DNA of 64,000 nucleotides from the human T2T-CHM13v2.0 reference genome, Homo sapiens: the NCBI RefSeq assembly GCF_009914755.1, contig NC_060938.1, one strand, 5' to 3'. The position numbers and the translations under genes are program-made. This document shows positions 56,108-64,000 of this stretch, piece after piece. The notes under the pieces were generated by a model that was not told the origin of the DNA, searched no databases, and saw only the letters and a list, made by a program, of their open reading frames with translations. The first letter of the stretch is position 1. The number at the start of each line of letters is the position of its first letter.

Positions 56108-56821
56108 TGTCCAATTACCTAATCCAAGTTCACTTAACTAGTTACGAGAACTCTATTTGAGTAACAAAACAAGTCTCTACAGGAGCAGAGCGAGATGTGC
56201 ACTCCTACTTAAAAGTACTGTCTGACGAAAAGTACTCTACTTCTCTGGATATAACATGTTTAACGTGTAACCCTTTCTGTGGAGCTGAAGAAAAAGGTTT
56301 ACTTAAAATAAATGCTCAAAGGAACTTTTCTAACCTCACTATTCATTTCTTAGACAGGTACAGTTTGCCCAAAACCCTCCCTTGATCAAGCCCCCACTCA
56401 GAAAAGGTGCCTCCTTACACGCGACGTTACTTGGTTGCTATTACACTTGGTTTGCAAGCCACAAAGGGACTCCTTTTGAGTGCAGAGGATAAAGCATAAG
56501 AAAAAGAGAGGATCACCCTCTTCGAGTGATTGATCAAGTCAGGTTCTCACTTAGAGATCCTGTTTAAACACAAGACGCTAAAACACACCCCCTTGCTCCG
56601 TGTCACAGGACTAGATCTCTTGGGATAAATTAAGCGACGGGCTGAAAATGTAGGAGCTGTAACTACACCAGCAGCTCCGCGTTCTTATCAAAACAATAGC
56701 GAGTGGCACATGTCAGGCAGCCCACATGCGCAGGGGGATAAAGCGGCGCCTGGCTGAGTCTGGAGTTGAACTTGTCTTAACCCCCTCCCCCAACAACCTC
56801 CACCGCGCTTCCCGGCTATGC

Positions 56822-56832
56822 GAAAGTGAAAA
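56822..56832 (+). promoter_or_regulatory. IRF/ISRE-like element GAAAGTGAAAA
   Basis: Exact GAAA-NN-GAAA tandem core at the intronic edge of the CpG island. Confidence 0.45.
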
Positions 56833-57657
56833 CGAGGGGCGCCCAAGGCCCTGCTTCTTCCCCCTTCCTCTTCCCCTTGCCCAGCCGCGACTTCTTCCTC
56901 ACTGATCTCCCGGGGGCGGAGACGCTGAGTTCCCCGGAGACGAGAGTTAGTCACCAAGAAGAGGCGGTGACAGAGAGCGCGGCTCGCGTCGCACTCCGAG
57001 GCCTAGCAGCGCCGGACGGGAGGCCGCGGACGGAGGCTCTCGCGTCCCGCGCCCTCCACCCCTGGCCCGTAGGGACGCCCCCTCCTTCCCTTCTAGAGCG
57101 AGTCTCAACTCCGCTCCTCTCTCCCCTACCCCAGGCAGCTCCAACGTCAGACCCCACTCCCGACTGAGAAAACGAAGCCCAGCCCAGTCGTTTCCTGCCC
57201 ACCGGGGCAGGAATTCCCTTCCCCGGCCCAGGGACTGCGGCCCCACGTCGCTGACCCTAGCGGGGATCCCCTCGGCCGCCGGGAGGGGATCCCGGAACTG
57301 GCCCCGGAGTGCGCGTGTGGCCGCGGCGGGGAGGGGCGAGGCGGGGAGTTTCCGCCGCCCCGCGGCCAAGAGGGCGGGAGGGCGACAGCAGCGGCTAGGA
57401 GCGGTCCCCGAGGCCGGCCAGGGACCCAGCCTCCTCCGCCACTACCAACCCGCGTTCCCCACGCGCGCCGCCGCCAGTTGGCCCCGCGCGTTCTCCAGGT
57501 GGAGGCCAGGAGGCAGAGAACCGCGGGCCCGGGGGCCACCCGTCACTTTCAAGTCGCCCCGCCAGAAGCCCAGGGCGAGGAAAAGGAGAGAGACAAAAGA
57601 GCGCTGCGGGGGGAGTCCCCACACCCCCCGCGGCCCCGCACACGGCCCGGCTCTTAC

Positions 57658-57770
57658 TCGTAGTGGCGGAAGATCTCGTTGGTGACTTTACAGTAGAAAA
57701 CTTCCTCGTCGGGCCGCAGGTCCGCGGGCGGCTTCTGTCTCACAAACGGCTTTCGGTGTAGCAGCGGCAT
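57658..57770 (-). CDS. BAZ1A: BAZ1A first coding exon (exon 2 coding part): MPLLHRKPFVRQKPPADLRPDEEVFYCKVTNEIFRHY(D), start of the WAC domain
   Basis: Reverse complement from ATG at 57770 gives the recognisable ACF1/BAZ1A N-terminus; 113 nt ending GA|GTAAGAG (GT at 57657-57656), phase 2. Not in the ORF track because it is short. Confidence 0.97.
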
Positions 57771-57828
57771 CTCCCGTCCGCCCGCGGGCTCGCCTGGACC
57801 CTCGGCCGCCCGCGCCGGCCCCGCTTCC
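57771..57828 (-). other. BAZ1A: BAZ1A exon 2 5'UTR portion (58 nt)
   Basis: Acceptor TTTCCTTTCCCTCCAATTTTGATAG|GG (AG at 57830-57829) with a polypyrimidine tract, 58 nt upstream of the ATG. Confidence 0.85.
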
Positions 57829-58303
57829 CTATCAAAATTGGAGGGAAAGGAAAGCCGGTAAGGTGGGGAGCCCTCGGCGGCAGCGTGGGCCGGTCCGCGC
57901 GCTGGGAGAAGCTCGGCTGCCTTTTGTGTGACTGACGCGCCGCGGCCGCTACCGGAGCCGAGTTCGTTCCTGCCGCTGCCCGGGTGTCGAGCGAGCGGAG
58001 CCGCCGCCGCCCCTGCCCCCCGAGCGCGCCCTACCTCCTCTCGTCCTGCCGCCGCCTCACAATGGGGCAGGACGCCCCGCCGCGGGGGGCAGTGCGGGAG
58101 CGGCGGCGGCCCCCTCCCCCAGCGCCGGCTCCTCGCCCGCCGCCGCCGCCAGGCTCACAACGTGCTCGGCGCGCAGCTGGCCGGCCGGCCAGCCCAACGC
58201 CGCCAGAGCGCTCGCCGCGGGCGGACCCCGGAGCTGCTCCGCTTTGTTCCCGGCTCGCCTCCACTTCCCCGCCGGCGCCGGCCGGCTCCCGAGCGACCCT
58301 CAC

Positions 58304-58520
58304 CTGCGATCACGCCGACTGCCACTTGTCCACCTTCTCCACTACAAAGGCAACGAGGGGAGACCCCGTCCTCCCAGGGGACCGCCTCTCTCCGGCCCCG
58401 CCGCGCCCCTGGCTGCCGCTTCTCCCGCTGCCACTGCCCGACTCCGCGCGGGGAATTGCGTCCCACCGCCACTTCCCCGCCTCTCGGAGCTCCTGGGAAG
58501 TTTCTGATCTACTTTCGGCT
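58304..58520 (-). other. BAZ1A: BAZ1A non-coding exon 1 (3' end exact; 5' end/TSS approximate)
   Basis: Strong donor GCAG|GTGAGG (GT at 58303-58302) in the CpG island. The 5' end is only inferred from the CCAAT box at 58576-58580. Confidence 0.7.
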
Positions 58521-58575
58521 CTGAAGGAGGAAGAGCTGTTGGGAGGAGCTTTTCACTCCTCGCTTCTACCTTTTT

Positions 58576-58580
58576 ATTGG
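58576..58580 (-). promoter_or_regulatory. CCAAT box (NF-Y-type), GTAGCCAATAAA on the minus strand
   Basis: ATTGG on the plus strand with a good AGCCAAT context, just outside the CpG island and upstream of exon 1. Confidence 0.55.
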
Positions 58581-59742
58581 CTACTCGATGACTTTTACAG
58601 CCTGTCACTGATACAGGAAGAGACAGCGGAGAGCCTGGGAGAACTACATTATTAATTAATGGAGCAACCCCTCGTGAAGATTCAGAAGCATCCTCCATGT
58701 TTGAGATTATCAGCCAAAAGATCTAGGGAAAGCGCTGGGGGTTCATAAACACATGGCTAACAAAGTAAAGCCTTCAAGTCTGGCACAGACTCTTGACTAC
58801 ACGATGGGAAAAGGGATTCCAATTACGATTTAACTTGTATTTTAAAGATGAGAAAAGAAATGAATAAGAAAATTTGTTGCTATTTTTCTTCTTCCAAATT
58901 AGAATCTGTATCTCTAAAAATACTTTGCATGTTTAGTAAACATCCATCTTGAACAGAAGATACCTTGACATCAGTTCTATTTAATACTTATGGCAATTAA
59001 GAGATTTAGAAAGCAGAGGAAAAGACCAAAAAAAAAGTATGTGTTACAAAGTGTCATCATGCTTGTAGGACCCCAGCATTCTTGAAACTAACGCACCTTT
59101 AAAAAGTAATATTTACACTGCTGTAAATATTTGCAAAGTATCAATGTTTAATTCACTTAGAATTTTAAGGATTATGGATTTACTAGCGAAAATTCCCCTA
59201 AAGCAACTTTCCCATATCAGTAACTTTTATTTAGGGAAACAAGTTTAATGTACATAATACATGTGACCTTGGAATTCAATAGAATTTTCGAAACTAGAAG
59301 TAACTCAGAACGTTCACTAGATGTGTTTTAAAGTCTTTTTTGATACTGTCCTTAACATTTGCTTATTTGCAAATTAATATGTAAGAATGAGTCTAAAAGT
59401 AAGTTTTAGGAATGGTTATTCGACAAAGATGTTATTCCTATTACCAATACTGCGAAATGATAATTACAGAAACAATGTGGGATCCGTTTTATAACTTCAA
59501 ATTTAAGTTCCTTTGTACTTTGGAGCAGAAAATGTAAGAAATCGAAATCAAGAGTTAGTATTTTTTATCTTTCAGGCTGGCTTTAACTGTTCATACACCT
59601 AGCAAAATAAACATTTGTGAAAGGCGTTATTCTTTGGGTGTTTTAAATTTCATTAATACTATGAATGCACCTTACTGTACAGAAGTCACAGAAGTTTGGA
59701 AATGCTCCTGTAAGTAGTAAGTATATACTTTAGTATCGGTAA

Positions 59743-60133
<391 letters not shown>

Positions 60134-60404
60134 TAGAAAGTATTTATTGGGCCGGGCGCGGTGGCTCATGCCTGTAATCCCAACACTTTGGGAGGCCAAG
60201 GCGGCCGGATCATGAGGTTAGGAGGTTGAGACCATGCTGGCCAACATGGTGAAACCCTGTCTCCACTAAAAGTAAAAAATTAGCTGGGCATGGCGCTGGG
60301 TGCCTGTAATCCCAGCTGCTCGGGAGGCTGAGGCAGGAGGCGGAGGTTGTCCTGAGCCGAGATGGCGCCACTGCGCTCCAGCCTGGGCGACAGAGACTCC
60401 GTCT

Positions 60405-60446
<42 letters not shown>

Positions 60447-61883
60447 TTTATTGATCTACCAGGTGAAAAATTTAGAGCCCACAAAGGTAAACTCAAAAGG
60501 GGGATTGGGAAAATGGATAATTTTCAAGCTATATTGAAGCATCACCCTCACAACTCAAAATCCCAATTTAACAATTAAGCTAAATAAAGATGAAATTCTT
60601 TCTGAATACGTCAGTATTTATATTTATTAGATCTTACTGTTCAATAAGTCATTCAAATCATGATCAAAAGTCGTTATTTTATTATTAAATACAAATATTT
60701 AAGTTGGGTTTTTTCTTATACTAGCTTAAAATTTTATTCTATTCCATCAAAAGCTATCATGCTCAGTTTTCTCACGATCATACTCAAATTTCAATACTAT
60801 CATAACTTATTTCTCTGAATTATATACATATGGTTTATTTTAATGATTTGTGGCATTTAATGAATGTTATACAGTTGTTCATTGTTATTTCAGAACAATG
60901 TAAGTTTAGAAAATTATAATTAAAATGTTCAAAAGTTTAGTTTTAATGTGTTTATAATACTCAAATGAATAGACTACCTAAACTGCCTCATGAAATAACA
61001 TTTAAAGTATTCTACACATTCACAACTAAAAGCTTACCTAATTTATGATCTATTTCTGTATTTTGGTATCATGATTTCTTCCCTGCTTTGTTAATTACTA
61101 CTTCTTGGCTTTTGAGAATAAAAAGCTCATTGCTGTATTCAGAAAGTAGTTAAAGGATACTGTCATAACATAGGACTTTGTGTAAAAAATTTTTTTGGAA
61201 ATATTGTCAAGGAAACAAAGCTAAAGTGGCACAAAAAAAGAGAAGGCAATGATATTAAAATTATTTAATTTTTAACAATTTAAACATTTGTCAAGCTCCT
61301 TTTGTGTGCCAAGACACTGTACTAGCTCATGTAAGGGATACAATGTAAATAAATGTATCCTGGCTTCAAAAAATGTATAATCTTATAGGAAAGAGACAAT
61401 GCAAATACAACCAATACAAGAATTATGTGAATCCTGATGATCACGAGTAATATAATGCAAAAAGAGAAGTAGAAAATATTAGAATAAAATGTAGAAGGAA
61501 GACCCCAGGATCAGTCCTAAATGAAGTCATCTACAGGGCATGATTTGAAGGGCAACAGAGAACTCATGCTCCAACATATCCTCGCCAGTCTCAAGCGACA
61601 ACCCCATCAATCTCCATTAGTCGTCCTTCAGCATGAAGACACGTAAAATGGGAATATTCTAGTTAGGCAGAACATATATTAATCTAATACTATCAAGACA
61701 TAGTTTGATTAAAATATCAATTTTGAGACACATACTGCCTTAGAAGTAAAGACAAAACAAGACTATGGGCCAGGCGAAGTGACTCACACCTGTAATGCCA
61801 GCACTTTGGGAGGCCAAGGCAGGTGGATGAGGTCAGGAGTTCAAGACCAGCCTGACCAACATGGTGAAACCCTGTCTCTACTA

Positions 61884-62270
<387 letters not shown>

Positions 62271-62273
62271 TAG

Positions 62274-62399
<126 letters not shown>

Positions 62400-62511
62400 T
62401 AAATTTTTAAAGTTTGAGGCCAGGCGTGGTGGTTCATACCTGTAATCCCAGCACTTTGGGAGGCCGAGGCGGGTGGATCACGAGGTCAGGAGTTCGAGAC
62501 CATCCTGGCTA

Positions 62512-62775
<264 letters not shown>

Positions 62776-63096
62776 TTAACTTAAGAAAGGCTTTATACTT
62801 AGGTGGTTTAGTGAGACAGTAATCACTTACACCTGAAAGAAACCTTTGGGACCTCTGTTAATTCTTCCATTTTGCACCTGAGGAAATTGAAGCTGAGGAA
62901 CCAGAATCCAGGCCTCCTGAGTCTCCTTGTCCAGTCAGTGTCTTTAGACCACACTGCTCTTTCTTTGGATTCAATAATAGCTAATTTTCTTATATACCCT
63001 ACTCCCACAGCATTAATGAGCTAAAATACCATTATACATCCTTCCTAAAGTGCTCATATAGGGATAAGCTATATTACTGATGATTAGAAATAATTA

Positions 63097-63498
<402 letters not shown>

Positions 63499-63861
63499 TC
63501 ATAAATTTCTCTAATTGGACAGCTGACATGAGACCTATCTCCATGCTTCCATTAACACATCTAACAGATAGAAAATTTCATTTCCCTTACCTCTCAGCAA
63601 TATTATAAAAGTACTTACAGTATAGCTGCCCAAGCTTTTCTGAGAAAGATGCCTTACAAATATATACAAGGAACATCTTTAGTTTTGTAATTCCTTTTCT
63701 CACATATCTCTAACATTTGTCTCAAGTCTTCTATGTTCTTTATAATGTCTTTCTAATGAATTCATGGCATTTTACCCATAAAAGATTTCTATATACAGTA
63801 CTGTTATTTAGAAGCAATGTGTTTTCCTTTATATCTGAAACCAGTGGCCTAGTGTTAGAAT

Positions 63862-64000
63862 AGTGGTTCTAGAACTTGGCTGCCCATTGGAAACACCTGA
63901 AGGGTTTTTGAAAAATACTGGTGCTTGGGCCATATCCAGGCCCCAGGTCGCTGGGAAAGAGACCCAGGCATTGGGAGTTTAAAAATCTACTCAGGTAATT
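63862..64000. mobile_element. MER5-like DNA transposon fragment (runs off the window)
   Basis: agtggttctagaacttggctgcccattggaaacacctg...aaaaatactggtgcttgggcc...cccaggcattgg. Confidence 0.6.

Larger units (their letters stand above)
56620..58500. promoter_or_regulatory. CpG island / promoter of BAZ1A
   Basis: Abrupt switch to very GC- and CpG-rich, repeat-free sequence with many GC boxes, spanning exon 1, exon 2 and the start of intron 2. Confidence 0.93.
57510..59625 (+). ncRNA. BAZ1A-AS1: Probable antisense lncRNA overlapping the BAZ1A 5' end (boundaries approximate)
   Basis: CpG island (bidirectional potential), plus-strand donor-like CCG|GTAAGG at ~57858, repeat-free AT-rich stretch, then AATAAA at 59606-59611 followed by a GU-rich element. 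The name and the approximate 5' end come from memory of locus annotation and are not verified. Confidence 0.4.

Noticed and set aside
56688-58655. Long Pro/Arg/Gly/Ala-rich ORFs on both strands (e.g. 57928..58524, 57984..58655)
   Set aside because: Expected from stop-codon scarcity in a CpG island; most start at non-ATG codons and show no recognisable domain. Only 58342..58698 was kept, because of its Kozak context and frame.
58641-58655. GAACTACATT as a ZNF143/THAP11 ACTACAnnTCCC motif
   Set aside because: The TCCC half is absent.

Overview
Primate (almost certainly human) genomic DNA containing the 5' part of BAZ1A (ACF1, the WAC/DDT/PHD/bromodomain subunit of the ACF/CHRAC ISWI remodelers) on the minus strand. 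It has a CpG-island promoter (~56.6-58.5 kb), a non-coding exon 1 (donor at 58303), coding exon 2 (57658-57828, ATG at 57770), exon 3 (45196-45474) and exon 4 (9181-9324). The gene continues beyond position 1. The rest is repeat-rich intron and upstream DNA: about 74 Alus by manual count (about two thirds antisense to the gene), L1/L2 fragments, MLT1/MLT2/MER57 solo LTRs, MER44/MER58/MER33/MER5 DNA transposons, a U7 snRNA retropseudogene and a tailless U6 fragment. Main observations: (1) a strong-Kozak 118-codon upstream ORF is exactly in frame with BAZ1A after splicing, separated from it by a single TAG; (2) exon 3 is a 279-nt stop-free symmetric exon sitting at a switch in Alu orientation (circRNA architecture), with a competing poison donor 27 nt downstream; (3) several fossil fold-back/templated-insertion repair scars; (4) two near-perfect AluYc1-type insertions. 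There is no prokaryotic-type system here. Repeat subfamily calls and most repeat boundaries were made by eye and are approximate.
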